Source: Candidatus Kuenenia stuttgartensis
GTDB taxonomy: Bacteria; Planctomycetota; GCA-002687715; CAIWVZ01
Length of the DNA: 64,000 bases
NCBI GenBank assembly: GCA_945860915.1
Contig: CAMARR010000007.1
Span: 37,010 to 101,009 of the forward strand
Direction of reading: 5' to 3'
Position 1 is the first letter of the stretch, and each line of letters begins with the position of its first letter. Below the pieces are notes generated by a model. The model was given only the letters and a program-made list of their open reading frames with translations, was not told the DNA's origin and did not search any database. The position numbers were made by a program, and so were the translations under genes. Shown piece after piece: positions 30,612 to 41,949 of this stretch.

Positions 30612-30971
30612 ATGAGGTTTCCTCATCGCATGATGCCCTACGACCGACGCAGTGCCCCCCGCCAAGACTCAGGAAATCTGATCGTCGATTCAGATCCTGT
30701 GGCATCGGATCGGTTCGCTTGTCTCGGAATGGGTGTCACTCTCGACCTCAACGAGCACGGTGTCCGGATGCAATACGCCAAGCCGTTCTCCATGGGAGAA
30801 CGCTGGCGGTTCAGCATCGCCCTTGGCGAGGCGGTAGTGGACGTCGTCGGGCGTGTAGTCCACGTGAGCCAGACGCTGAACGGCACCTACGAAGCGGGCG
30901 TCGAGTTTCTTGAGATCAGCGGGTCTGATATCCGCAAGATCCGAGACCACCTTTCGCGCAAGGCTTCCTAA
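30612..30971 (+). CDS. PilZ domain protein (putative c-di-GMP receptor)
   Basis: N-terminal RxxxR (DRRSAPR) and downstream D-x-N-x-x-G (DLNEHGV) motifs typical of PilZ. Stand-alone, about 115 aa. Confidence 0.5.
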   Translation: MRFPHRMMPYDRRSAPRQDSGNLIVDSDPVASDRFACLGMGVTLDLNEHGVRMQYAKPFSMGERWRFSIALGEAVVDVVGRVVHVSQTLNGTYEAGVEFLEISGSDIRKIRDHLSRKAS

Positions 30972-31018
30972 GCCCACGAGAGGTCAGGACGCGGCGACGC
31001 TGGTAGCATGCGCACATC

Positions 31019-31930
31019 GTGCAAGCCCTTGCAACCACCCAACTGGACGGACTGAAGCCCTTTCACCGCGGCAAGGTACGCGACGTCTACGAAGTCGACG
31101 CCGACCACCTCTTGCTTGTTGCCACCGATCGAATCTCGGCCTTCGATCACATTCTTCCGGATCCGGTCCCAGGTAAGGGCATCGTTCTCACACAGCTCTC
31201 GTTGTTCTGGTTCGCCTACCTTGGAAGTTCAATCCAACATCAGGTCGTCGAAACCGATCCGAATTCGATGCCCGCGTCCGTGCGTCGCCATGCCGATGTC
31301 CTGCGCGGGCGTTCTGTGCTAGTGAAGCGGACTCAGGTGTACCCATTTGAGTGCATTGTCAGGGGCTTCCTACTCGGGAGCGGATGGAAAGACTATTCCG
31401 CCACCGGGAAGGTCTGTGGAATCAACCTTGATGCCGGCCTAAAGAAGAACGCCGCGCTCAGGCCTCCGCTCTTTACACCATCGACAAAAGCTAAAGAGGG
31501 GCATGACGAGAACGTCAGCTTTGCACGGATGGAATCCGAGCTGGGCTCGGCTCGCGCTGCAGAGCTGAGAGACCAGTCGCTTTTCGTCTACTCTCGATGT
31601 GCGGATCATGCCAAATCACGCGGCATCATCATTTGCGACACTAAACTCGAGTGGGGTAACCTCAACGGTCGCACGCTCCTCGTCGACGAAGTTTTGACTC
31701 CGGACTCAAGCCGGTTCTGGAAAGCGGATGACGCCGCCCGGTATCTGCCAGACGGTGATCCGCCGTCGTACGACAAGCAAGTGGTGCGGAACTGGCTCGA
31801 AACGCAGCCTTGGGACAAGCAATCTCCCCCCCCGCGCATCCCGACCGACGTACAAGCGCTCGCACAGGCTCGGTATGTGGAGATTTACGAGACGATCGTC
31901 GGAAGGCCGGTGCCGGAGCTGCGAGGGTGA
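31019..31930 (+). CDS. purC: phosphoribosylaminoimidazole-succinocarboxamide synthase
   Basis: SAICAR synthetase motifs (RGKVRDVY, VATDRISAFD). Confidence 0.9.
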   Translation: MQALATTQLDGLKPFHRGKVRDVYEVDADHLLLVATDRISAFDHILPDPVPGKGIVLTQLSLFWFAYLGSSIQHQVVETDPNSMPASVRRHADVLRGRSVLVKRTQVYPFECIVRGFLLGSGWKDYSATGKVCGINLDAGLKKNAALRPPLFTPSTKAKEGHDENVSFARMESELGSARAAELRDQSLFVYSRCADHAKSRGIIICDTKLEWGNLNGRTLLVDEVLTPDSSRFWKADDAARYLPDGDPPSYDKQVVRNWLETQPWDKQSPPPRIPTDVQALAQARYVEIYETIVGRPVPELRG

Positions 31931-32955
31931 ACGAACTCCCGCACGCAGTTCAGCTCCTGTCGAACACGCTGCGAATCATCGACCAGACTGCGCTCCCGGA
32001 CGTTGAACGATGGTTGACACTCGGTTCGTCAACCGAAGTGATTGAGGCAATCCAACGCCTAGCTGTACGCGGAGCCCCGGCAATCGGGGTGGCGGGGGCC
32101 GGGGCTGCGTGGCTTGCCGCCATGGAATGCCGGGATTCGACGTTCGCTGAGGACTTTGAACTCAGATGTAGGACTATAGCCAACGCCCGGCCCACGGCGG
32201 TCAACTTGCGGTACGCAGTCGATCGTGTTCGCGCTTCCGTCGCAGGTGCCGCCTCGCCCAACGAAGCCCGCGCACTCGCACGCAAGACAGCAGAGGATCT
32301 CATTCGTCAAGAAGCGCTCGCTTCGGAATCCATGGGACGCATTGGCGGAGCACTGATCGAGGCGAATGAGCAACTTCTGACTTATTGCAACACGGGCTGG
32401 CTTGCGACGACAGGTGATGGCACGGCCCTCTCCGTGATCTATTCAGCGCATCGCGCGGGGAAGAACATCTCCGTCTACTCTTGCGAGTCAAGGCCACTCT
32501 TGCAGGGCGCACGCCTCACCGCATGGGAGCTGACGCGAGCAGGGATTCCGGTCACGGTCATTTGTGACAACACTGTCGGAATTGCCATGGCTATGGGACG
32601 GGTCAATCGCGTTCTCGTGGGTGCCGATAGGATCGCAGCAAACGGCGATACGGCGAACAAGATCGGGACCTACATGGTTGCCGTACTGGCCAAACGCCAC
32701 GGCGTGCCATTTCATGTTGTTGCTCCGACAACCACCTTTGACCTGACCACGCCTGATGGAACCGCAATACCCATCGAGGAACGCGACGAAAGCGAAGTCC
32801 TTTGCATGGCAGGTCGACGGGTCGCCGCGGCCGGTGCCCGAGCATTCGCCCCGGCTTTCGACGTCACACCCGCATCTCTCATCACAAGCATCGTCACCGA
32901 ACGTGGTGTGATTGAAGATATCAGCGAGCGCGGCGTTCGAGCACATTTGGCCTAG
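31927..32955 (+). CDS. mtnA: S-methyl-5-thioribose-1-phosphate isomerase (eIF-2B alpha/beta/delta family)
   Basis: VRGAPAIGVAGAGAAWLAA and the conserved C-terminal Cys/Asp region. GTG start overlaps the purC stop. Confidence 0.8.
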   Translation: MNELPHAVQLLSNTLRIIDQTALPDVERWLTLGSSTEVIEAIQRLAVRGAPAIGVAGAGAAWLAAMECRDSTFAEDFELRCRTIANARPTAVNLRYAVDRVRASVAGAASPNEARALARKTAEDLIRQEALASESMGRIGGALIEANEQLLTYCNTGWLATTGDGTALSVIYSAHRAGKNISVYSCESRPLLQGARLTAWELTRAGIPVTVICDNTVGIAMAMGRVNRVLVGADRIAANGDTANKIGTYMVAVLAKRHGVPFHVVAPTTTFDLTTPDGTAIPIEERDESEVLCMAGRRVAAAGARAFAPAFDVTPASLITSIVTERGVIEDISERGVRAHLA

Positions 32956-33041
32956 CTCCCCAAATTCCCAAAGGCACGCGAAAGTGACTCAAAACCTCGC
33001 GAGCACTTCTCTCCGATAGATCCTGTCGGAGTACCCCCGAA

Positions 33042-33233
33042 ATGCGCCCACGGAAAACGCCAGACAAGATCGAAAAGCCCGAACGCGTGTCCCAATTCAC
33101 GACTGCCGTCGATGATGAGACACTTGAGTTCATCCGGGCAATCGAGGCATTCAAGGCATCCAAGCGCCGGCCGTTCCCGTCTTGGGGCGAAATCCTGCAA
33201 GTCGTGAAGGACATGGGATACAAGAAAGTCTGA
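33042..33233 (+). CDS. small hypothetical protein (63 aa, charged/helical)
   Basis: ORF only; no recognisable family. Confidence 0.35.
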   Translation: MRPRKTPDKIEKPERVSQFTTAVDDETLEFIRAIEAFKASKRRPFPSWGEILQVVKDMGYKKV

Positions 33234-33275
33234 TCGACTTTCATCCACGTGCCCCCGGCGCTAACACCGGGGAGC

Positions 33276-34046
33276 ATGAAGGTCCTGATTGCTCTCGCTG
33301 TACTCTCAATCTTCGCCTCCGCACAAAAGCCCGAGGTGACGGCGGAATCACGTCCCGCGCCCCGCGGATCGTTACGAGTCAGCATATCGTGGGTTGGAGA
33401 CGCACCTGCCACACGACCAGCCTCCATCCCGAAGGATTGGAAGGCTCGCAACCCCGACGACGCGAAAGTCTGCGAATCCTGCGAGACACGAGGGACGCTC
33501 ATCGACGAGTCTCTCCTCGTTGACCCAAAATCCAAGGGAGTTGAGGGCATCGTTGTTTCACTGTCCCAACTCGTGGACGGTGTTCAGGATCTCCCCGCCA
33601 TTCCGGCGAAGCCCGTTGTTCGCAACGAAGGGTGTCGATTCTCGCCGCACATCGTGCTCTCCACACCATCAGATCCGTTGACTGTCACCAACGAGGACCC
33701 ATTCACGCACGCCATTTCGGTTGCGGGACTCGGCGGTGCATCGCTCACCTCGGAAGTCATTCAGCCGAAGGGCAAGGTTGAAATCGGCAAGCTCTCAGCG
33801 CGTGGCATCTACGTGCTCACCTGCCCGCTGCACGGTTGGATGCGTGGATATGTCGTTGTCCTCAAACAGGGAGCCGCCGGCGTGACATCGCGCGACGGGA
33901 CTACCTTGCTCAGCGGCCTAGCGACCGGTCGAAGGACGGTCTCGATCTGGCATGAGACCCTCGGTTCCAAGCGTGTGGAAGTGGATGTGTCTGTCGACAA
34001 GGAAACCGTGCTTTCCTTGACGCAAAAGGACTTCCCCGCACGCTAG
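33276..34046 (+). CDS. secreted cupredoxin-like (type-1 copper-like) protein
   Basis: Signal peptide, beta-rich sequence, and a C-terminal C-P-L-H-G-W-M block resembling the Cys/His/Met ligand loop of plastocyanin/azurin. Confidence 0.5.
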   Translation: MKVLIALAVLSIFASAQKPEVTAESRPAPRGSLRVSISWVGDAPATRPASIPKDWKARNPDDAKVCESCETRGTLIDESLLVDPKSKGVEGIVVSLSQLVDGVQDLPAIPAKPVVRNEGCRFSPHIVLSTPSDPLTVTNEDPFTHAISVAGLGGASLTSEVIQPKGKVEIGKLSARGIYVLTCPLHGWMRGYVVVLKQGAAGVTSRDGTTLLSGLATGRRTVSIWHETLGSKRVEVDVSVDKETVLSLTQKDFPAR

Positions 34047-34100
34047 AAATGCTGCAATCGCGTCCGGCGTCGGGTTGATCGTCACCAAGCAGACCCGTAA

Positions 34101-35507
<1,407 letters not shown>

Positions 35508-35522
35508 ACGACAAGGAAACCC

Positions 35523-38042
35523 GTGACAAACCCCAACGTGGCGACACCCGACGCTCCCGCCCGCAAGGGCGGCCTGATTGACGCGGGGCCACGCACCCTG
35601 TCACCAGTTTTTGCGATATTGATCGCTTTCCTTGCGATCGATACCGCGGTGATTGTCCTGCCTTGGTTCCTCAATCGTGCAACCGACGGCCCGTGGGCGT
35701 CGCCGGATCGTTTGGGCTTCCTAGCGAAGTCGATGGCCACCTCCCTTGCCTTTGGCGTCGTAGCCGCGCTGGGTGCAGAGACACGTGGCCGCTCACCTTG
35801 GTGGTTCCTAGGTGGCCATCTGGGGTTCTTCGTGGCGATTGCCCTCGCGATGCTCGGGATCGATCGCGACCAAAGCACGACCTCGATGCTGGCGTCGATT
35901 GCAACCGGATTTGCCGGAACCATGTCAGCACTGTGGGCCTCAGGCAGCCCAGCCATCACACCATGGAGAGTTGGGCCTTTAACTCGAACGCTCGGGCGGT
36001 GGACCTATTCGATCGGCAATCTCTGGTTCGGCATTCTACTCTTGGCGTCACTCACTGCGATATCTGCCTACGGCACATTCTACGAAGAGAACTACGGCAC
36101 CAAGGCAGTTCAACACACCGTCTATCGATCATGGTGGTTCGGCACCCTGTTCTTCGCAACAGGAATGGCGATGCTCGCGGCGACATTCCGCAAGTGGCCC
36201 TTCCGTCTCGAGCAGGTTGGTTGGCTTGTTGTGCACACGGGACTCGCCCTGCTGACTATTGGCTCGATGATGTCACTCCTCCTCGGGATGGAAGGATCAG
36301 TCGCGATCAAGGAGGGCTCAACCGCTCGATCGATCGGCCTCGCCACGAGATCTCAGATCGTCGTTGAGGAGAGGTCCCTCACCCCAGAGGGCCGCATCGA
36401 TTCAAAACGGGTCCTCGTGGCGACTCCGTCCTTCGATCTCAACCCTGCCAAACGCGAGGTATCGGAGCGATTCACCATTCAGAATGAAGGCGGAGAGCCG
36501 TTCCAACTGGTCTTCGACCGATACTTTGGCACGGGGCAATATCGTCAGGACTGGAACGGCACGGGGGACCGTCGCCGCCTCGGCATCGAGGCCCAGATGA
36601 CGATGACCAACTCCGGACGGTCCGAGCAGATTCGTCTAGACGAAGTTGACAACCCTGCTGCGAATCTTGGCTTTGGCAGCATCCGCATGGAGGCTTACCT
36701 CCTCGCTGCGCCGCCCCCAATGTTTCAGGCGCTTTCTCGTACCGAGCCCTCGGAATGGCCTGCGAAGCTCGACATCATCGATGAAGCCGGCAAAGTCCTC
36801 ATCACGATCGACATCCCAGAGCAGTCGGACAATCGATCAGAAGGCGACGCCGCACCGTTAGCTCTTTCAGGCCGAGTGCCCGGAACAGACATCGACGTCG
36901 CATTGACCGCATGGGCCGATAACCTCGCGCCTTCCGAAGACGCCACGTCATTCAAGGATTCTTCCCCAGGCAATCCCTCGAATCCTGGGGTCTCTGTCGT
37001 CCTGCGTTCACCTAAGGGCGAGGATCGCATGCAAGCGATGTCGTTCTTCCCGCAGTCCGCTCCTGAGATCCCCACCAAGCATCCCTATACCGCCAGATTA
37101 CGCTTCAACCCAAGGATCGTTGTTCCACCGTCGACATTGCTTTTTGTGGATGTCGACGGAGCCATGAAATGGATATGGGCGTCATCTTCAGGCGAACGGC
37201 CGAATGGCAATGTCACGCCGGGCGAACCTCTTCCGCTACCGATGCCCGCGTTCAAGATCACTCCGACGGCAATTCACCGGAAGCTAGCGATCGAAGAGTC
37301 TTTTGACTTCGTCGGCTACAAGGCCGACCTTCAAGCCACCCGCTTTCGCGTGGAACGCGACGGCAAGGAAGTCGCGCCCTCAAGATGGCTCAGCCTAGAC
37401 AAGCCGGACCTCCAGACTCGTGGATTCGCGCTCGGCAACCGTGTTTATCGCGTCACGTGGTCCGCAAAGCCAGTTGATCTTGGGTTCTCATTAACATTGA
37501 CCGACTTCCACCGTGACTTCTACCCAGGATCAACCCAGGCGAAGACCTATGAGTCGTATTGCGTCCTGACCCACCCGTCCAAGTTCCCGTCAGGAGCGGA
37601 TATTAAGATCGACATGAATCACCCGCTGCGAATCGACGGTTGGAGGCTATACCAAGCTCGCTACGCAGGCGAAGGGACGATGACGATCTTGCAAGTCAAT
37701 CGTGACCCAGGTTTGGCACTAATTTACCCTGCAACCGCTGTGGTTTTCTTGGGATTCATCGTGGTGTTCTTCATGAAGCGGCCGTTGACTAGGCTCCGAC
37801 TCGATCTCGAAGCACGTAAGGCCACGACTGCTTCTCATGTCGCGCACGCACTCGCTACCATCGGTTTGGTGGGATCCGGTCCAATGGTCTTCGGAATCGC
37901 AGTCGCATTCGACATTAGCCCGTCCGGAACAATTGGTTTCGCTGCGGGATTAGGTCTACTCGTGGTCGCGCCCATTTTGGCGATCCTTCGAACCCATCGC
38001 CGATGGCCGGCCCCACCGCTGGCGCAAGGGAGCACCGCATGA
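35523..38042 (+). CDS. cytochrome c biogenesis protein, ResB/CcsB family (system II), unusually long
   Basis: N-terminal transmembrane helices, large periplasmic domain, and the ResB C-terminal signature (MNHPLRIDGWRLYQARY ... NRDPGL ... final transmembrane helix). 839 aa. Confidence 0.8.
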   Translation: MTNPNVATPDAPARKGGLIDAGPRTLSPVFAILIAFLAIDTAVIVLPWFLNRATDGPWASPDRLGFLAKSMATSLAFGVVAALGAETRGRSPWWFLGGHLGFFVAIALAMLGIDRDQSTTSMLASIATGFAGTMSALWASGSPAITPWRVGPLTRTLGRWTYSIGNLWFGILLLASLTAISAYGTFYEENYGTKAVQHTVYRSWWFGTLFFATGMAMLAATFRKWPFRLEQVGWLVVHTGLALLTIGSMMSLLLGMEGSVAIKEGSTARSIGLATRSQIVVEERSLTPEGRIDSKRVLVATPSFDLNPAKREVSERFTIQNEGGEPFQLVFDRYFGTGQYRQDWNGTGDRRRLGIEAQMTMTNSGRSEQIRLDEVDNPAANLGFGSIRMEAYLLAAPPPMFQALSRTEPSEWPAKLDIIDEAGKVLITIDIPEQSDNRSEGDAAPLALSGRVPGTDIDVALTAWADNLAPSEDATSFKDSSPGNPSNPGVSVVLRSPKGEDRMQAMSFFPQSAPEIPTKHPYTARLRFNPRIVVPPSTLLFVDVDGAMKWIWASSSGERPNGNVTPGEPLPLPMPAFKITPTAIHRKLAIEESFDFVGYKADLQATRFRVERDGKEVAPSRWLSLDKPDLQTRGFALGNRVYRVTWSAKPVDLGFSLTLTDFHRDFYPGSTQAKTYESYCVLTHPSKFPSGADIKIDMNHPLRIDGWRLYQARYAGEGTMTILQVNRDPGLALIYPATAVVFLGFIVVFFMKRPLTRLRLDLEARKATTASHVAHALATIGLVGSGPMVFGIAVAFDISPSGTIGFAAGLGLLVVAPILAILRTHRRWPAPPLAQGSTA

Positions 38043-39784
38043 TCCGTCCGCTTGTACTACTCGCCATCGCCCTCGGATTTGTGGTCCCTGCTGTAGGCCA
38101 GATACCGCAGGCTCAATTGGACTTAACTGAAATCAAGAGATTGCCTGTTCTTGACGGCAATCGCTTCAAACCATTTGATGCTTTCGCGCGGGATTGGGTT
38201 GTGACGATCACCGGTGAACTCTCACCGAAAAAGCAGGTCGCTGGCGCCGCCCCCATCAAGATCGACCCCATGTTGGTCTATCTCGAGTGGATGTTTGAAC
38301 CGGAAGTAGCGAGGCAAGATCCGTGCATCCTCGTCGATACTCCGGGTGCTCGAAAGATGCTCGGGTTGCCACCGGACAAGATCGAGAGCCAAAAAGTCTC
38401 ATTCGGTTGGCTAGAGCAGAGCTCCGACTATTTAAGGGTCACAATGTCCTTGCGAGGCCGACCCATGGCCTCGTTGAGCAAGGATGAGTCTGAGGTCCGT
38501 CAGGTAACCGATCGCAAGAACCGCCTCGGCGAGGTCGCCGGGATCAATCCAGGTTGGGACAGCACACCAATCGAGTTCCGCGGCGGGCCCACCTTTGTTG
38601 CCCCGAAGGGCGCGCCTGTACCGGGAGAAGAGTACCACTGGGCCACCATCGCTTCGCTGCCGTCGCTTGAATACGGCGAAGCACAGTCCACCGCTCTCCT
38701 CGAGTCATGGCGAAGTCTTCGCGCCGCTTGGAAGGCCAACGACCAAGCTGGTTTCACTAAGGCGTCAATCGCCCTCAGACAATCAGCGGCTGCTCTTGGA
38801 AGCGCTGGATTCGAACAGTCGAAACTCGATCGCGAGGTCCGTTATCTCGCCGCCAATCCCTTTAGTCATGCGTCTTGGCTCTACACGTTGACCGGCATTC
38901 TCGCGATCATCGCGCTCGCGTGGCGAGTCAGATGGTTTCATTTCGTCGCAGCAATTCCTGCAGTCGCTGGCCTTGCCTATCACGCATGGGGTCTCGCAGA
39001 GCGCACGGCGATCTCTGACCGCGCTATGATCGGAAACATCTACGAATCGCTGATCTACGTTGCTGCAGTCGTGGTCCTTATTTCCGTCCTTGCCGAGGCG
39101 TACTTCAAGTCCCGTTGGTTCCTAGTCTTTGGCAGCCTGCTCGGGATGTTAGCCCTCAAAGTCGCTCTCGAACATCCGACGTTCATGCCTCCCGGCATCA
39201 CGACCCTACAGCCAGTCCTCATCAACAACTTTTGGATCCACATTCATGTCCCTGTGATTGTTGCATCCTACGCGCCGCTCGCGCTCGCCGCCGTGCTCGC
39301 GAATGTGTGGTTAGTCATGAGTACCTTCCGGCCTGAGTCGTCTCCGGGTCTCAAGGAGGTCGCGCGAATCCAGACTTTCATTGTGGCCCCGGGCGTAATC
39401 CTGTTGTTCGCCGGGCTGATTCTTGGAGGAATTTGGGCCGATGCCTCGTGGGGTCGCTTCTGGGGTTGGGATCCCAAGGAGACCTGGGGCCTCATCACGA
39501 TGTTGATTTTCGTTATCGTCATCCATGGCAAATGGGTCGGATGGCTCCGAGATTTTGGCGCCTCCGTTGGCAATGTGATCGGAGGAGCGTCGCTCCTGTT
39601 CACCTACTATGGCGTCAACTTCTTCCTCTCCGGACTTCACTCGTACGCAGGTGCCGGTGATGGCGCGTCTTCCGTTCCGATTTGGCAGAAGGTCCCAACG
39701 TGGATGTGGATTTACGTAGTAATCCAGTTAGTCATTCTGGCCACGGCATCACTTCGTTCGAAACTCGCGCCTGCATCACCATGA
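38039..39784 (+). CDS. cytochrome c assembly protein CcsA/ResC family with N-terminal periplasmic extension
   Basis: Trp-rich WWD motif WGRFWGWDPKETWG and conserved His residues in the C-terminal 280 aa. Signal peptide plus about 300-aa extra N-terminal domain. ATG overlaps the ccsB stop. Confidence 0.85.
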   Translation: MIRPLVLLAIALGFVVPAVGQIPQAQLDLTEIKRLPVLDGNRFKPFDAFARDWVVTITGELSPKKQVAGAAPIKIDPMLVYLEWMFEPEVARQDPCILVDTPGARKMLGLPPDKIESQKVSFGWLEQSSDYLRVTMSLRGRPMASLSKDESEVRQVTDRKNRLGEVAGINPGWDSTPIEFRGGPTFVAPKGAPVPGEEYHWATIASLPSLEYGEAQSTALLESWRSLRAAWKANDQAGFTKASIALRQSAAALGSAGFEQSKLDREVRYLAANPFSHASWLYTLTGILAIIALAWRVRWFHFVAAIPAVAGLAYHAWGLAERTAISDRAMIGNIYESLIYVAAVVVLISVLAEAYFKSRWFLVFGSLLGMLALKVALEHPTFMPPGITTLQPVLINNFWIHIHVPVIVASYAPLALAAVLANVWLVMSTFRPESSPGLKEVARIQTFIVAPGVILLFAGLILGGIWADASWGRFWGWDPKETWGLITMLIFVIVIHGKWVGWLRDFGASVGNVIGGASLLFTYYGVNFFLSGLHSYAGAGDGASSVPIWQKVPTWMWIYVVIQLVILATASLRSKLAPASP

Positions 39785-40188
39785 TGTTCATCAGTCGCAG
39801 GGTCCGATTTTCGGCCAGCCACAGACTTAACAACTCTGAACTTTCGGCAGAGGAAAACAGAACTCTATTCGGCGCCTGCAATAACCCTCATGGCCATGGA
39901 CATGACTATGAAGTTGAAGTGGTTGTTCGCGGCTCGCCCGATCCACGAACCGGTATGTTTCTGAATCTTCGGCAATTGAAGGAGATCCTGGCGATACATG
40001 TCGTCGCCCCGGCGGATCGACGGAGCCTCGACCATGAGGTACCCTTCATGCGTGGGAGGATCTCGACCACCGAGAACCTTGCCGTGGCGATCTGGGACGA
40101 GGTAGCGCCGCGCCTCCCGGGTGGGACGCTTCACCTCGTTCGCGTTCGTGAATCCGAAAACAACGTTGTGGAGTACACCGGACCATGA
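39781..40188 (+). CDS. queD: 6-carboxy-5,6,7,8-tetrahydropterin synthase (6-pyruvoyl-tetrahydropterin synthase family)
   Basis: CxxxHGH zinc motif ([15 protein letters not shown]). ATGA overlap with the ccsA stop. Confidence 0.85.
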   Translation: MMFISRRVRFSASHRLNNSELSAEENRTLFGACNNPHGHGHDYEVEVVVRGSPDPRTGMFLNLRQLKEILAIHVVAPADRRSLDHEVPFMRGRISTTENLAVAIWDEVAPRLPGGTLHLVRVRESENNVVEYTGP

Positions 40189-40757
40189 GCGAGCAAGATC
40201 CTCTAGTTGAAATGTCTAGTCTTGTGCGTCGACAACTTGAACTGCTCGGAGAAGACACCGAGCGCGAGGGCCTCAAGAAGACGCCAGACCGCGTCGCGAA
40301 GTCTCTCGCGTTCCTAACCTCGGGCTACAAGGCCGATATCACGAAGATTGTCAATCAGGCAGTCTTTCGTGAGGGTGGCGACGAAATGGTCGTCGTCAGG
40401 GACATTGAGGTCTACAGCATGTGCGAGCATCACATGCTCCCATTCTTCGGCAAGGCGCACGTGGCCTACCTTCCCGATGGCAAAGTCATCGGACTCTCCA
40501 AGATCCCTCGACTCGTCGACGCCTTCGCCAGGCGGCTTCAGGTTCAAGAGCGACTGACGAATCAGATCGCACAGGCGCTCGAATGCGCGCTCAAGCCCAA
40601 GGGCGTAGGCGTGATTATCGAGGCCAACCACCTCTGCATGATGATGCGAGGCGTAGAGAAGCAGAACTCGTCGGCCTCGACCTCCGCGATGCTCGGGCTA
40701 TTTCGAACCGATTCCAAGACACGCTCAGAGTTCTTGAGTTTGGTCCACCGTCGGTGA
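40185..40757 (+). CDS. folE: GTP cyclohydrolase I
   Basis: FolE signature [10 protein letters not shown] and [12 protein letters not shown]. 4-nt overlap with queD. Confidence 0.9.
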   Translation: MSEQDPLVEMSSLVRRQLELLGEDTEREGLKKTPDRVAKSLAFLTSGYKADITKIVNQAVFREGGDEMVVVRDIEVYSMCEHHMLPFFGKAHVAYLPDGKVIGLSKIPRLVDAFARRLQVQERLTNQIAQALECALKPKGVGVIIEANHLCMMMRGVEKQNSSASTSAMLGLFRTDSKTRSEFLSLVHRR

Positions 40758-40767
40758 GTTCCTGAGA

Positions 40768-41466
40768 GTGGGAGTTACTCGAAAAACTTCTGCCGTTGCG
40801 GACGCGACCCGAAGGCTTGACGTGCTTGCGCGGCTGAGCAAGGCTTATCCCAACGCGCATTGCGCGTTGGACCATAAGACGCCATTCGAACTTCTCGTAG
40901 CGACGGTTCTGTCTGCACAATGCACCGATGTTCGCGTCAACAAGGTGACGCCTGCGTTGTTCGCGGAGGCGCCAACGGCTGTCGCACTCGACGCCATGGC
41001 GGACGACCGTTTGCGACATCTGATCCGCTCGATCAACTTCTTCAACAACAAAACAAAGGCGCTCAAGGGACTCGCTCGACGCCTTGTTCTTGAATTCGGA
41101 GGCGAAGTCCCCCGAGACATGAAATCGCTTCTTACCCTCAGAGGCGTGGCAAGGAAGACCGCAAACGTCGTGCTCGGCAACGCATTCGGAATTGCCTCGG
41201 GGGTCGTCGTTGACACCCACGTCGGGCGACTGTCTGGGCGTCTCGGTCTCTCGAATGAGAAAGACCCAAAGAAAATCGAGGCAGATCTCACGGCCTGGGT
41301 GCCGCAAGACGCATGGATCCGGTTGTCCCACGAACTCATCGATCACGGCAGGGCCATCTGTTCGGCCCGGAAGCCTGATTGCGCTTCCTGCTTTCTCTTC
41401 GACCTCTGCCCATCGGCCCAAGCCCTCACGAAGCCCTCGAAGACGCGGAGTGCGGGGGGCAGCTAG
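40768..41466 (+). CDS. nth: endonuclease III (DNA glycosylase/AP lyase)
   Basis: HhH-GPD motif (LRGVARKTANVVLGNAFG) and C-terminal 4Fe-4S loop Cx6CxxCx5C. Confidence 0.9.
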   Translation: MGVTRKTSAVADATRRLDVLARLSKAYPNAHCALDHKTPFELLVATVLSAQCTDVRVNKVTPALFAEAPTAVALDAMADDRLRHLIRSINFFNNKTKALKGLARRLVLEFGGEVPRDMKSLLTLRGVARKTANVVLGNAFGIASGVVVDTHVGRLSGRLGLSNEKDPKKIEADLTAWVPQDAWIRLSHELIDHGRAICSARKPDCASCFLFDLCPSAQALTKPSKTRSAGGS

Positions 41467-41541
41467 GCCTCGTCGTTCTTACTTAGACGGGCGGGCGACG
41501 ACCACGGAGTGCTTGGAGTCTCTTCTCCGGAGACCACTTAA

Positions 41542-41949
41542 ATGCAAGCACATCCCATCATGGCCCTCGTTCTGGCTAGCCTTCTCTTGTCCGTGCCTGT
41601 TCATTCGCAAATGCCATCCGACATCAAAGTCGAGGGAACTCGACTCGTCGAGTTCAAGCGCTCGAAGGGTGCTTCCCTCGCAGGCAACGACATTTCGTGG
41701 AATGTTCCTGCAAGGACATTCGAACGCCCGTTATGGACTCGACGAGGATTCACTCTCTATCTGAGCGATGGGATCGGAGTTCTCGTGCCAGCAGGGCACG
41801 ACGCACTCGCCGAACTGCGTCGCCGGGGAGGGGTCGCTCTAGTCCGCGGAACGGTAAAACCTCATTCGGATGCAAAACCCGGCGAACCCGCGTACGTCGT
41901 GATCGTGCGCGATCTTAACCGCAGAAAGCTGCCGAAGCGCAAGTCCTAG
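41542..41949 (+). CDS. hypothetical secreted protein
   Basis: Signal peptide (MQAHPIMALVLASLLLSVPVHSQ). No family recognised. Confidence 0.4.
   Translation: MQAHPIMALVLASLLLSVPVHSQMPSDIKVEGTRLVEFKRSKGASLAGNDISWNVPARTFERPLWTRRGFTLYLSDGIGVLVPAGHDALAELRRRGGVALVRGTVKPHSDAKPGEPAYVVIVRDLNRRKLPKRKS

Noticed and set aside
35663-36367. 234-aa plus-strand ORF in an alternative frame inside ccsB
   Set aside because: Out-of-frame overlap with a gene that has an unmistakable ResB C-terminal signature. Arg-rich artefact.
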